IMG/VR virus record: IMGVR_UViG_3300005805_000124
Span: 1 to 50,234 of that record
Reading direction: 5' to 3' (one strand)
DNA: 50,234 bases
DNA from: a virus
Lineage: Duplodnaviria > Caudoviricetes
This document shows positions 28,618 through 37,166 of this stretch, one piece after another (the first letter of the stretch is position 1; every line of letters starts with the position of its first letter). The notes below the pieces were generated by a model. That model made no database searches. It worked only from the letters and a program-made list of their open reading frames with translations, and was not told the DNA's origin. The position numbers and the translations under genes are program-made.

Positions 28618-28645
28618 GATTGTTCCTAAATTATACTATTATTGA

Positions 28646-28933
28646 TCAGACAAGTTCTAGCATAGAAGCAGGTACTCGCCAAAGTTGCCCCGAACAGCGA
28701 ATATTAACATACTTAATTGCGATTTTTTCTACTGTGCCCTGCATGATTCGTCCATACTTAGAATTAGTGAATCTAACAGTGTCACCTACCGCCAAAGTTC
28801 TGCGAACATTAAAGGTAATTTGACTACGACGATATTTAATGGCATTTACAAATTTTTCAAGACTATTTGTTTTCCAATCTCCGTGAGCGATTAGATTAGC
28901 AATTTGATCAGCATTAAAATCTAACTGTGACAT
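28646..28933 (-). CDS. hypothetical protein with SH3/KOW-like C-terminus
   Basis: LAVGDTVRF...GTVEKI...WRVPASML; has its own promoter. Confidence 0.7.
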   Translation of the reverse strand: MSQLDFNADQIANLIAHGDWKTNSLEKFVNAIKYRRSQITFNVRRTLAVGDTVRFTNSKYGRIMQGTVEKIAIKYVNIRCSGQLWRVPASMLELV

Positions 28934-28965
28934 TTTTGCTCTCTCTTGTAGTTTACTGTACTAAA

Positions 28966-28994
28966 ACTATAACATCAGTCTGAATATTTGTCAA
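28966..28994 (-). promoter_or_regulatory. sigma70-type early promoter
   Basis: TTGACA-17bp-TATAGT with an extended -10 TG. Confidence 0.8.
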
Positions 28995-29018
28995 TCTAAC
29001 TATGTGGGCGAAATATCA

Positions 29019-29153
29019 TTATTTTACATAGCATGCGTAGGTGATAGAACCAACATAGAAATCATTTTGGTACTTACATTCATTGGAAATTTCATGATGT
29101 GCCCAAATCCAACCAAAGTATATACCCAAAAGAAACCACAATGCTATTTTCAT
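29019..29153 (-). CDS. 44-aa membrane-anchored protein (not in ORF track)
   Basis: MKIALWFLLGIYFGWIWAHHEISNECKYQNDFYVGSITYACYVK; ATGA overlap with upstream gene. Confidence 0.65.
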   Translation of the reverse strand: MKIALWFLLGIYFGWIWAHHEISNECKYQNDFYVGSITYACYVK

Positions 29154-29515
29154 TTGGATTTAAGTAGAGCCCGATTACGTTCTTCATCGGTCATTTCATA
29201 ACATTTAGGTATTCTATTAGGATCTCTAAGTAATTCATATTCGTTACGTTCTGGATAACGTCGATTTATAGTTTTAAATACAACCCAGGTTACAAAAACC
29301 ATGCTTACCACAAATATATGTCCAAACATGTTATAGCCAATGCTCCACAGTTCACCCATGTAGACACCAAATGCTAAACACCATAAACAGGCCAGAAGAA
29401 TACTGGCACCATATTTAATCTGAGGTGGAGCAAATTTTAACGCATTACAATTAGGATCTAGCATCTGTACTGCAGCTCTATAAACTGCAACAAAAAATTT
29501 AATCAATCCCCACAT
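29150..29515 (-). CDS. two-TM membrane protein
   Basis: Two hydrophobic segments in 121 aa. Confidence 0.7.
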   Translation of the reverse strand: MWGLIKFFVAVYRAAVQMLDPNCNALKFAPPQIKYGASILLACLWCLAFGVYMGELWSIGYNMFGHIFVVSMVFVTWVVFKTINRRYPERNEYELLRDPNRIPKCYEMTDEERNRALLKSK

Positions 29516-29550
29516 TATTAAACCCCTAGGTTATATATAACCAGTTTTTC

Positions 29551-29808
29551 TTACTTATCTGGCTCACTGATATAGGTAGCACGTAGCATTCGAATTAACT
29601 GTTCACAGGCGGCATGACTAAGAGATAGTGTGCTAGAAAAACCATTACTGCTGATTATTGTAAGTGTAGTCATACCATCAACAGTAGCGCCTACCCTAAA
29701 ATATTCATTTTGAGGACCGAACAAGGATTTATCTATTTTAGCACTGTCTTTTTCCTCTTTTTTCATATTAAGATCTTCTTTAGTTTTATCACTGAAATAT
29801 TTAAACAT
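29551..29808 (-). CDS. hypothetical protein
   Basis: TAATG overlap with MNERI copy F; YFRVG...TTLT...QLIRMLRAT. Confidence 0.7.
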   Translation of the reverse strand: MFKYFSDKTKEDLNMKKEEKDSAKIDKSLFGPQNEYFRVGATVDGMTTLTIISSNGFSSTLSLSHAACEQLIRMLRATYISEPDK

Positions 29809-30017
29809 TATTTAATTCCAAAGTGTTTCTTAATTAGTTCTATACCCTGTCCACGGCTTATCATATCGCGTAACATAGGACGTAGAGCATGACCGCATTC
29901 TGCAATAATTAACTCTGCGAACTTTTCCAATTCATTATCATAAAATTGCCAAACAGGCGGAACGTATTTCTTTGTGCCAGCGGCTTGGTTAGCAAGTTGT
30001 CGAATTCGTTCATTCAT
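29808..30017 (-). CDS. MNERI-family mini-protein (copy F, outside the array)
   Basis: MNERIRQLANQAAG / EKFAELIIAEC / KHFGIK. Confidence 0.8.
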   Translation of the reverse strand: MNERIRQLANQAAGTKKYVPPVWQFYDNELEKFAELIIAECGHALRPMLRDMISRGQGIELIKKHFGIK

Positions 30018-30018
30018 T

Positions 30019-30387
30019 TTATTCGCCCGATGATAGTTGACTTATTTCTACTTCTGTCCATTTACCGTCTATTTTAATCTCTGTCTTTACTTTTGTCAAC
30101 TCGTTTTCGACCTGTCGATCAATGTCATCCATTTCGCCAGAACGTTTCATAAACTCAATATTTACCCATCGTTGAAACTCGGGGCTATCATACATTTTTT
30201 GAAATGCCACTTGTTTGTTATCTGCTTGGCTTCGACTTGCCTCCGAATACCCATGAGCACCACTTGGACGATGCATACAATGCACAGCCGAGGAGGTTTT
30301 GTTTTTCTTTTGCCCGCCATTACCCGTACCACGAGTAAAAGACCACTCACAGTCTTTAGCAGTTATACTGAACAGCAATTTTTTCAT
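30019..30387 (-). CDS. stand-alone class-1 release-factor GGQ domain protein (peptidyl-tRNA hydrolase)
   Basis: FTRGTGNGGQKKNKTSSAV..H.PSG....SRSQADNK. Confidence 0.85.
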   Translation of the reverse strand: MKKLLFSITAKDCEWSFTRGTGNGGQKKNKTSSAVHCMHRPSGAHGYSEASRSQADNKQVAFQKMYDSPEFQRWVNIEFMKRSGEMDDIDRQVENELTKVKTEIKIDGKWTEVEISQLSSGE

Positions 30388-30388
30388 T

Positions 30389-30853
30389 TTACTCTAATTC
30401 AACATTTTCTTCTAGAACTACACCATCTTCAGAGACTAGATCAATTCGAAATGGGGATATAATATATACTGCATCTTCCTCAATTTGCCAATTATGATCT
30501 CCATCAAAAATCCAACTCTCTCCCCATCTTCCATCTTCATCTGATGACTCGCCATTACATAATGCTTCTATCTCTGCTTTTTCTTCCTCTGTAAAACCAT
30601 CACCAAACTTTACATGTACAGCACAAAGATCATCGAATTCACAACCATAACCCACATCTGTTTTAGCCCAGATTACTGATTGTTCAGCCTCGTTTTTCGA
30701 TGGCGGGTTATCTTCATCTCTAAAAGCTTGACCCCAACGATAGCAGAATGTTGCGTCGAATCCACGAACAGTTCCGTCTGATCGTTCTTCATATACATCA
30801 ATAAAATATTCTACAGATTTTTTGTGTTCGGGTGTAATACGATACAATTTCAT
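30389..30853 (-). CDS. hypothetical acidic protein
   Basis: 154 aa, AGGA RBS. Confidence 0.7.
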   Translation of the reverse strand: MKLYRITPEHKKSVEYFIDVYEERSDGTVRGFDATFCYRWGQAFRDEDNPPSKNEAEQSVIWAKTDVGYGCEFDDLCAVHVKFGDGFTEEEKAEIEALCNGESSDEDGRWGESWIFDGDHNWQIEEDAVYIISPFRIDLVSEDGVVLEENVELE

Positions 30854-30867
30854 TAGATAATCCTTGA

Positions 30868-31311
30868 TTATTTTAATCTTTCCACTGCTAAGGCAGCAAA
30901 AGCTTTAGACAATGTGATCCATTTACCCTGTGTATCCTCAAAATTAACAAACCAAACAGGCTGACCATCTACCTGTCGTAAACAATAATTGTATTCTTCA
31001 AAGTGTTGAGATTGACTGATATACTCATCAAAGTTTTTGAAATATCTAGCATCAGTGTCTTCCTCTCCGCGGTCTCGACCGTAAAAGGTACATTGATCAG
31101 GTGCAGCATCATTAAAATTGTGTTTAACTCCGATAGATTTTCCTAGGACACTTAGATCCCCCAGATCAATAAGTTCGCGTACAAGAAATGGATCGGTATA
31201 GTGATCTAATAGAATTTTACCGGTATGTTCTAGATAGTTGTCCCAATGACAGTAAATCATACCAATAGTACCATCTTGGAATTCCAGAGCTATGGTTCCA
31301 CGTGTTGCCAT
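30868..31311 (-). CDS. hypothetical phage protein
   Basis: MATRGTI...IYCHWDNY...FYGRDRGE. Confidence 0.75.
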   Translation of the reverse strand: MATRGTIALEFQDGTIGMIYCHWDNYLEHTGKILLDHYTDPFLVRELIDLGDLSVLGKSIGVKHNFNDAAPDQCTFYGRDRGEEDTDARYFKNFDEYISQSQHFEEYNYCLRQVDGQPVWFVNFEDTQGKWITLSKAFAALAVERLK

Positions 31312-31322
31312 GTTAATCTACC

Positions 31323-31532
31323 TTATTGCAATGTTTGAACAGCATTATGAATAAACTTATCAGAATTGAGGTAAAGTTTGGCCTCTTGCTGATCTAGTTG
31401 ATTTTCATGATATGCTAGCAACTCTCCCGCATAGGCAATGTCATCATCACTGGCTTGATCATACCAGGCCTTAAGACTCGCCTCACTAAGCGATAACAGA
31501 AACTTAAGATTTTCTTTATCGTTTACATTCAT
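31323..31532 (-). CDS. hypothetical protein
   Basis: Start moved to the ATG at 31532 (TAATG overlap, AGGAG RBS). Confidence 0.7.
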   Translation of the reverse strand: MNVNDKENLKFLLSLSEASLKAWYDQASDDDIAYAGELLAYHENQLDQQEAKLYLNSDKFIHNAVQTLQ

Positions 31533-31813
31533 TATGCATTCTCCTTGTTCATGCAATAAGTAGACAAAATCCATTTGGCACGATTGAGCAACTGCCGTTG
31601 ATCTTCAATAACCATTACATCAAATTTTCCACCTAAATCATGTGTAGTCATTTCTTGTGCATCACTGAGCATGCTAATGACATACATGGCAGGACCGGAG
31701 AAACGGAAGGTCAATGACTCCTCGACAGCTTCACGCATCTGCTCAACGGTGCAACCATACATACGGACTTCACGCCGGTGTTGCTCGGTCATTTCAGCGT
31801 AACGAACAGTCAT
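31532..31813 (-). CDS. hypothetical protein
   Basis: 93 aa; SMLSDAQE; downstream of a promoter cassette. Confidence 0.75.
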   Translation of the reverse strand: MTVRYAEMTEQHRREVRMYGCTVEQMREAVEESLTFRFSGPAMYVISMLSDAQEMTTHDLGGKFDVMVIEDQRQLLNRAKWILSTYCMNKENA

Positions 31814-31843
31814 TTGCTACTCCGTTTTGTTTACTATACCAAT

Positions 31844-31872
31844 ATTATAGCGAAATATTGAATATTTGTCAA
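31844..31872 (-). promoter_or_regulatory. sigma70-type early promoter with palindromic spacer
   Basis: TTGACA-AATATTCAATATTTCGC-TATAAT; differs at 1 of 29 bases from the 25937 copy. Confidence 0.9.
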
Positions 31873-31876
31873 CCAA

Positions 31877-32098
31877 TCAGACCCAAAAATCCTCACCACG
31901 ACTATAAGCACCGATGGCATCGTAAACTGCTTCACGAACTTCGGTATCAGTGGCTTCCTCGCACCCTTTAATCGTCGAAATGGTGCGTAACATTTCATGA
32001 ACTTCAGCCCAGCGAAGATTCTTATGCTTCGCACCCTTCACGATCTCACCAACCATAGAGTTGCCAAAGTCACTAAACATCGCAAAATTTTCAGTCAT
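31877..32098 (-). CDS. hypothetical protein
   Basis: 73 aa; FAMFSDFGN...EATDTEVREAVY. Confidence 0.75.
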   Translation of the reverse strand: MTENFAMFSDFGNSMVGEIVKGAKHKNLRWAEVHEMLRTISTIKGCEEATDTEVREAVYDAIGAYSRGEDFWV

Positions 32099-32128
32099 TT
32101 TCTACTCCGTTTTGTTTACAGTATCATA

Positions 32129-32157
32129 ATTATATGAAATATTGGATTATTTGTCAA
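32129..32157 (-). promoter_or_regulatory. sigma70-type early promoter
   Basis: TTGACA-17bp-TATAAT. Confidence 0.9.
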
Positions 32158-32351
32158 CCAATTAATTCTGACTGGTTAATTAGCACCCTATATGAAGGCT
32201 CACTACGCCACGGAAACTGTACGGGTGTCTCCAGGTTAACAGTATACTGAACGTTTCCACCATACTTCACACGACTTGACTCTACAGTACCAACAACAGT
32301 CTCGCCCATATAACGAGCAGTAACCTTTTCACCGTCTTTGATCCAACCCAT
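32154..32351 (-). CDS. hypothetical small beta-barrel protein
   Basis: 65 aa; GTVESSRVKYGG. Confidence 0.75.
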   Translation of the reverse strand: MGWIKDGEKVTARYMGETVVGTVESSRVKYGGNVQYTVNLETPVQFPWRSEPSYRVLINQSELIG

Positions 32352-32381
32352 TTTGTGCTCCGTTTTGTTTACTGTACTAAC

Positions 32382-32410
32382 ATTATATTAAAAACGGGAT
32401 TATTTGTCAA
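32382..32410 (-). promoter_or_regulatory. sigma70-type early promoter
   Basis: TTGACA-17bp-TATAAT. Confidence 0.9.
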
Positions 32411-32427
32411 TCAAATTTTGAAAGCAA

Positions 32428-32619
32428 CTATAAAACAGAACTATGTATACGAAATTTTAATCTCCAAAATCTATTCCATTTTACTCCCTGCGGTGTTTTG
32501 TGTAGGCTTTTATGGCCCGTCATCCAACGGCCATCAACTAGTTTCCCAAACGGCTTGGCTTTAGGTATACCTTTAAGTAAATGGGCACCGATACGTTCAT
32601 AATAAGTAGGTGCTGGCAT
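32428..32619 (-). CDS. hypothetical basic protein
   Basis: 63 aa filling the gap on the coding strand. Confidence 0.55.
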   Translation of the reverse strand: MPAPTYYERIGAHLLKGIPKAKPFGKLVDGRWMTGHKSLHKTPQGVKWNRFWRLKFRIHSSVL

Positions 32620-32639
32620 ATGATATCCAATCCAATATG

Positions 32640-32888
32640 TTAAGCCAATCTGTTATAAAAATCCTTTTCAACCCACTTGTAAATTAGGTCATGTGATCCC
32701 CAACAGTTACTGGGCAATTCGTTATAGATATATTCACATATATCCCGTAGACAGGATTGATTTTGAAAGTCTGCTTTTGCCATAGCACCAAATAGATCAT
32801 TACTGAGAACAGCGATAAGAAAACTACCAGGAAGAATACGATGATTTACGTAGCGGTCCAATGCAGCACGGGTATGTTCTGGAATCAT
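32640..32888 (-). CDS. hypothetical phage protein
   Basis: PGSFLIAVLSNDL..A..KAD...CWGS; GGAG RBS. Confidence 0.75.
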   Translation of the reverse strand: MIPEHTRAALDRYVNHRILPGSFLIAVLSNDLFGAMAKADFQNQSCLRDICEYIYNELPSNCWGSHDLIYKWVEKDFYNRLA

Positions 32889-32903
32889 TTCATTACTCCA
32901 TTT

Positions 32904-33095
32904 TCAAAAAGTAAAATCAATAGCAATTTCATCCCCAGCATTACTAACAATGGTGCTGGGATAGATTAACCTAAATTCGTCGATAGCATCTTGCCTAGCA
33001 TTATCAGCAGCGAAGAACATGGTTCCTTCGTAAAAATAAGCACCTTGGATACCACAAGACTCGGCATTAGCAATAGCAACTTTTTCAAAAGCCAT
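32904..33095 (-). CDS. hypothetical protein
   Basis: 63 aa after the AAACAACGGAG leader. Confidence 0.7.
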   Translation of the reverse strand: MAFEKVAIANAESCGIQGAYFYEGTMFFAADNARQDAIDEFRLIYPSTIVSNAGDEIAIDFTF

Positions 33096-33121
33096 TTTTA
33101 ACTCCGTTGTTTAGTATCAAT

Positions 33122-33150
33122 AATGTACTATAGACCCGATTTACGGTCAA
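33122..33150 (-). promoter_or_regulatory. sigma70-type promoter (degenerate)
   Basis: TTGACC-17bp-TACATT with the same TTGG prefix and leader as other copies. Confidence 0.6.
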
Positions 33151-33155
33151 CCAAT

Positions 33156-33416
33156 TTATAAACAATTCAACGCCTGTTGTAAATCTGCAACACTTTTAAA
33201 CACCTGCGTTTGCTGTCTACTGGTACGTAAAATCATAAAATTACGATTATAGATTTCCACAGTTGCATCTAAAGTTCTAGCTCTACCAAACGTAATGCTA
33301 AGAAATTTTTTACCTTTTTTATTAGTATGACTGCCAGTCAGTATACCATAGGGCGCATTAAAATTCTTTGAATGCGCCCATTGTTCTAATGACACTAAAA
33401 TTTGCTGACTGTTCAT
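33156..33416 (-). CDS. hypothetical protein
   Basis: 86 aa; ITFGRARTLDA. Confidence 0.7.
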   Translation of the reverse strand: MNSQQILVSLEQWAHSKNFNAPYGILTGSHTNKKGKKFLSITFGRARTLDATVEIYNRNFMILRTSRQQTQVFKSVADLQQALNCL

Positions 33417-33444
33417 GGAACCCTAACTAATTGTCTAATACATA

Positions 33445-33473
33445 ACTTTACTGCAAATGGCAATTTATGTCAA
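33445..33473 (-). promoter_or_regulatory. sigma70-type promoter
   Basis: TTGACA-17bp-TAAAGT. Confidence 0.65.
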
Positions 33474-33478
33474 CCAAA

Positions 33479-33646
33479 TTATTCTTCTTCTTTTGATTTA
33501 GTAGAGCTATCTGCTTCTACAAATTGTTTGATGATACGCATCACTTTTCTGCTAGTATCATATACGTACTCATGTGTATCATCGTCTGTGGTAATGGTAA
33601 GAATAAAACCATTTGCTGCTCTGCGAATTTCAATTGTTTCAAACAT
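33479..33646 (-). CDS. hypothetical protein
   Basis: IEIRRAANGFIL; ATG at 33646 after an AAGGA RBS. Confidence 0.7.
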   Translation of the reverse strand: MFETIEIRRAANGFILTITTDDDTHEYVYDTSRKVMRIIKQFVEADSSTKSKEEE

Positions 33647-33691
33647 AAAATTTCCTTTCATGACTAACTGTAACAGAAAGGTTCTATAGTG

Positions 33692-34099
33692 TCAAGCTTT
33701 TTTTGTGTAAATTCCTAAAAACATATGATTTAAAACTCTACTTGCAGAAACAAAATTGTTTTCCATTTCTACCAGATTTGCTAATCCATATGCTATACAA
33801 CCCATTTCCTTGTAATAGTTATCACTAGGCCATTTTTGGCGCTTTAATGGAAAACTATCAATTAATAAACATTCATCCGCTATGGGTTGATAATTTGCAT
33901 GATTTTTTGGTTTTTGCATTTGCTCTAGCATTTGAATTGCTATTGCCTGTTGTCCGATGTCAGTTCGATTAATGTTTTTGGCAAAAAGATGTACTATATA
34001 CGCTTCTACTGAGTTGTCTAAGAATATTTTACAACGACCTTCACTTTCTAATACAAGGTCATAGGCGGCACGTACATATTCTTGCCAATACTTGCTCAT
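33692..34099 (-). CDS. hypothetical protein
   Basis: 135 aa; EAYIVHLFA...IADECL. Confidence 0.7.
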   Translation of the reverse strand: MSKYWQEYVRAAYDLVLESEGRCKIFLDNSVEAYIVHLFAKNINRTDIGQQAIAIQMLEQMQKPKNHANYQPIADECLLIDSFPLKRQKWPSDNYYKEMGCIAYGLANLVEMENNFVSASRVLNHMFLGIYTKKA

Positions 34100-34107
34100 A
34101 CAGATAT

Positions 34108-35427
34108 TTATCTGTATAAACTAAGGAACCCCTGTACCTTTTCTCCTATATAGGCAATCTGCTCAGGTGTGATTACTGGACTGGTCCCATGGAAATAAGT
34201 ATTCAACATAGCATGAGTACTATTAGGATACTGAGTTTTAGCTACAACAGGATCCATGAGATGACTATAAGCAGGCTGCAACATAATATTGCCTGCAAAA
34301 TATGGTCTTGTCTGAATCAAATTTTCTTCTAAGTAATCCACAATATCGTTACGCTTAAATGGAGCCCCTTTACGAATAGTAATAGGAAATGCAAACCAAC
34401 TAGGATTACTAAGAGCCTGTGCTCTTGGCAGATGGAAAAAATCTTCGTAGTCTTTATATATATCCCATAATAGCTGATAATTTCTTCTGCGCAATTCATG
34501 TATTTTGGGTAATTTTTCCAGTTGTTTTAGACCCATACTACACTGTAATTCAATTGGTTTTAAGTTGTAACCAATTTCATCATAAACATATTTGTGATCG
34601 AAAATTTCTCCTGGTAGCACTGGTATCCATTCATTAAAACGCTTTCCACAGGTGCCACATTTTAATTTGTTAGCCTCGGGTCCTATACAATAACAGCCAC
34701 GACCCCATTCACGAAAACTACGTAATATCACATCAGTGGTGGGATCATCTGTGGCTACATAACCGCCTTCGCCCATGGTCATATGATGTGCAGGATAGAA
34801 ACTACAACTGGCCATAAGTCCAAAACTACCCAATGGTTTATCGTCGTAGGTAGAACCTAAGGCATCACAGCAATCTTCCAACAATATTAGATTATACTTG
34901 TTTACTATACGCATCACCTCATGCATATTGGGCGGATTACCTAAGACATGTGCAAAGGTTATTACACGGATATCCGGATGTTGTTCCAATATCTGCTCTA
35001 GTTTTGTAGTGTCTAAATTAAGTGTATCAAGTTCGATATCAACAAATATGGGTGTAAATCCAACCTGCAGAGTAGGGTTAAGAGTAGTAGGAAATCCTGC
35101 AATGGGCATCAATACTTTGGTACCCTTAGGCAAATTATAACCTCGTTTACTAGTAAGACTGCTCATCATTAAAAGATTACTGCTACTACCACTGTTAGTA
35201 ACTATACCCCGCGACTTACCAAATTGTTTAGGAAATTCACGTTCAAAGGTTAATGCATCTTGCCCCATGACCAACCAACCCTTAAGTAAACTTTCAACTC
35301 CTGCTACAAACTCTTCTGAATCATAGTATGCACCTGCATAGTTTACAAAGTCTTTTCCTGCAACCCATGTACGGTTTGCTTGGCGTTGTTCAATAAATTC
35401 TTTTACTTGTTTTAAAATTTGTTCCAT
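34108..35427 (-). CDS. rfbH: NDP-4-keto-6-deoxyglucose 3-dehydrase (E1; RfbH/DdhC/AscC family)
   Basis: NSGSSSNL, EDCCDALGS, SFYPAHHMTMGEGG (His in place of the Schiff-base Lys), GRGCYC..CGTC Fe-S motif, DHKY. Confidence 0.9.
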   Translation of the reverse strand: MEQILKQVKEFIEQRQANRTWVAGKDFVNYAGAYYDSEEFVAGVESLLKGWLVMGQDALTFEREFPKQFGKSRGIVTNSGSSSNLLMMSSLTSKRGYNLPKGTKVLMPIAGFPTTLNPTLQVGFTPIFVDIELDTLNLDTTKLEQILEQHPDIRVITFAHVLGNPPNMHEVMRIVNKYNLILLEDCCDALGSTYDDKPLGSFGLMASCSFYPAHHMTMGEGGYVATDDPTTDVILRSFREWGRGCYCIGPEANKLKCGTCGKRFNEWIPVLPGEIFDHKYVYDEIGYNLKPIELQCSMGLKQLEKLPKIHELRRRNYQLLWDIYKDYEDFFHLPRAQALSNPSWFAFPITIRKGAPFKRNDIVDYLEENLIQTRPYFAGNIMLQPAYSHLMDPVVAKTQYPNSTHAMLNTYFHGTSPVITPEQIAYIGEKVQGFLSLYR

Positions 35428-35431
35428 TTTT

Positions 35432-36223
35432 TTACTCGATTGTTTTTATAGTAAGATAACCCATATTACCATTAAATTTAATCATATCGATAATATCTAG
35501 GTTACTGGTTGCCAATAATTTTTTAAAGCTAGTTTCATTAAATGAATTGATATGTTCATGCCAAATTCCGTTAGGCATCGGCGGTGCATCGAATTCTGGC
35601 ACTTCAAAGTAATATTTGGTATCAATATGACCGTAATGCATGATTTCTTTCATCACTACTTTTGGTTCCGATACGTGTTCTAAGACATGACAACACATAA
35701 TAAAGTCAAACTTTTTTTCACAACTACCGTCAAATCTTTTTATGTTCTGTACCAAGGGATTCATACTGATATCAAATACATATTTTTCTGTTGTATCAAT
35801 GTTTGATGGAATAAAATGTCCTGACCCACCACCGAAATCTAATAAAGTTTTTATTGTACTAGGATCAATATGTCGTTGTATTAATGTGTTAATTCCAACT
35901 AAACGACGTTGTATTTCTTCTTGGGTAGTAAATTTACCAACAAGATGTTGATAGGATGGCTCACAATGTACTCTTAATTGATTATATTCATATCCTCTAT
36001 AATCATTATAAAGATTGGCAGTTTCTTCTGCAGTGAATCGTGCAGCGGTACAAAGAAAACTACAGTCATTGCATCTTAGTATCGGTATTAAATGATGATT
36101 ATTAACGTAAGTTTTATATATTCTCCATAGTACAAATTGCGCCAGATATCCAGGTTCAAAATTTACATTATCTGATTTACATACAGGGCATTTATAAATT
36201 AAATTCATAAGTTTACCAAACAA
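35432..36223 (-). CDS. class I SAM-dependent methyltransferase with N-terminal Zn ribbon
   Basis: CPVC...CNDC, LLDFGGGSG, HVLEHV, FEVP, EHINSF. Confidence 0.85.
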   Translation of the reverse strand: MFGKLMNLIYKCPVCKSDNVNFEPGYLAQFVLWRIYKTYVNNHHLIPILRCNDCSFLCTAARFTAEETANLYNDYRGYEYNQLRVHCEPSYQHLVGKFTTQEEIQRRLVGINTLIQRHIDPSTIKTLLDFGGGSGHFIPSNIDTTEKYVFDISMNPLVQNIKRFDGSCEKKFDFIMCCHVLEHVSEPKVVMKEIMHYGHIDTKYYFEVPEFDAPPMPNGIWHEHINSFNETSFKKLLATSNLDIIDMIKFNGNMGYLTIKTIE

Positions 36224-37166
36224 AATTTTCTTTGTAGTATGTTACTATCTTTTCTAGCTCAATGTCAAAGTTTGCTCTGGGCAACCATCCCAATTTTCTT
36301 AATTTACTATCATTTATACTGTAACGTACATCCTGGCCAGGTCTTACCAAATCACGTATATAAGTGTCAAAATCTTTATCCTGATACATCAAATTAATTA
36401 TTTTCTTTACAACTTCAATATTAGGCAATTCTATATTACCACTAATATTATAAATTTCATTTTCTACCTTAGAATTTATAATAGTAATCACTGCATTGGC
36501 TGTATCACTAGCATGTAACCAAGTTCTTCTAGGCAAACCTTTATCATGCAGATCAATGGGTCGACCGATAGTAAGATATTTTACTGTTTTAGGAATTAAT
36601 TTCTCAACGTATTGTCCAATACCATAATTGTTTGTGGGTCTAACAATGATATAGGGAAGATTATAAGTTCTGCTCCAAGCTTGAATCAACAGATCGGCAC
36701 TGGCTTTAGTTGCACTATAAGGATTACTGGGTTTTAAAAGATCAGTTTCGGTATGACTTCCATGCAGAATATCTCCATAAACTTCATCAGTGCTAAAATG
36801 CAATAAAGTAGGAATATCATATTTCCTGCCATGCGATTTTTCTTTGATTAATTCTAGTAATCTGTGAACACCATTTATATTGCTTTCTAAAAAAATCCCG
36901 TTACTGATAATGCTGTTATCTACATGTGTTTCTGCTGCAGTATTAATAACATAATCACAGTCATAGAGTTTGTCTAAGTCATTGATATCACGATGTTCGA
37001 ATACAAAATTATCATAATTTTTTAAATTTTTAAGTAAATTCCAATTGGCTGCATAGGTGCCTTTATCGATACCCCTTACATACCAACCCTGTCTTAGACA
37101 GGCTTCAGTGACATGATAGCCGATAAATCCTAAACAGCCTGTAACATATACTATTTTTGTTGTCAT
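36213..37166 (-). CDS. rfbB: NDP-glucose 4,6-dehydratase (RmlB/RfbB-like)
   Basis: VTGCLGFIG, AAETHVD, STDEVYG, PYSATKA, NNYG, RPGQD. Confidence 0.88.
   Translation of the reverse strand: MTTKIVYVTGCLGFIGYHVTEACLRQGWYVRGIDKGTYAANWNLLKNLKNYDNFVFEHRDINDLDKLYDCDYVINTAAETHVDNSIISNGIFLESNINGVHRLLELIKEKSHGRKYDIPTLLHFSTDEVYGDILHGSHTETDLLKPSNPYSATKASADLLIQAWSRTYNLPYIIVRPTNNYGIGQYVEKLIPKTVKYLTIGRPIDLHDKGLPRRTWLHASDTANAVITIINSKVENEIYNISGNIELPNIEVVKKIINLMYQDKDFDTYIRDLVRPGQDVRYSINDSKLRKLGWLPRANFDIELEKIVTYYKENFVW

Noticed and set aside
19286-32034. Alternative-frame minus-strand ORFs 19286..19516, 30162..30350 and 31834..32034
   Set aside because: They are nested in better-supported genes or run through a promoter cassette.
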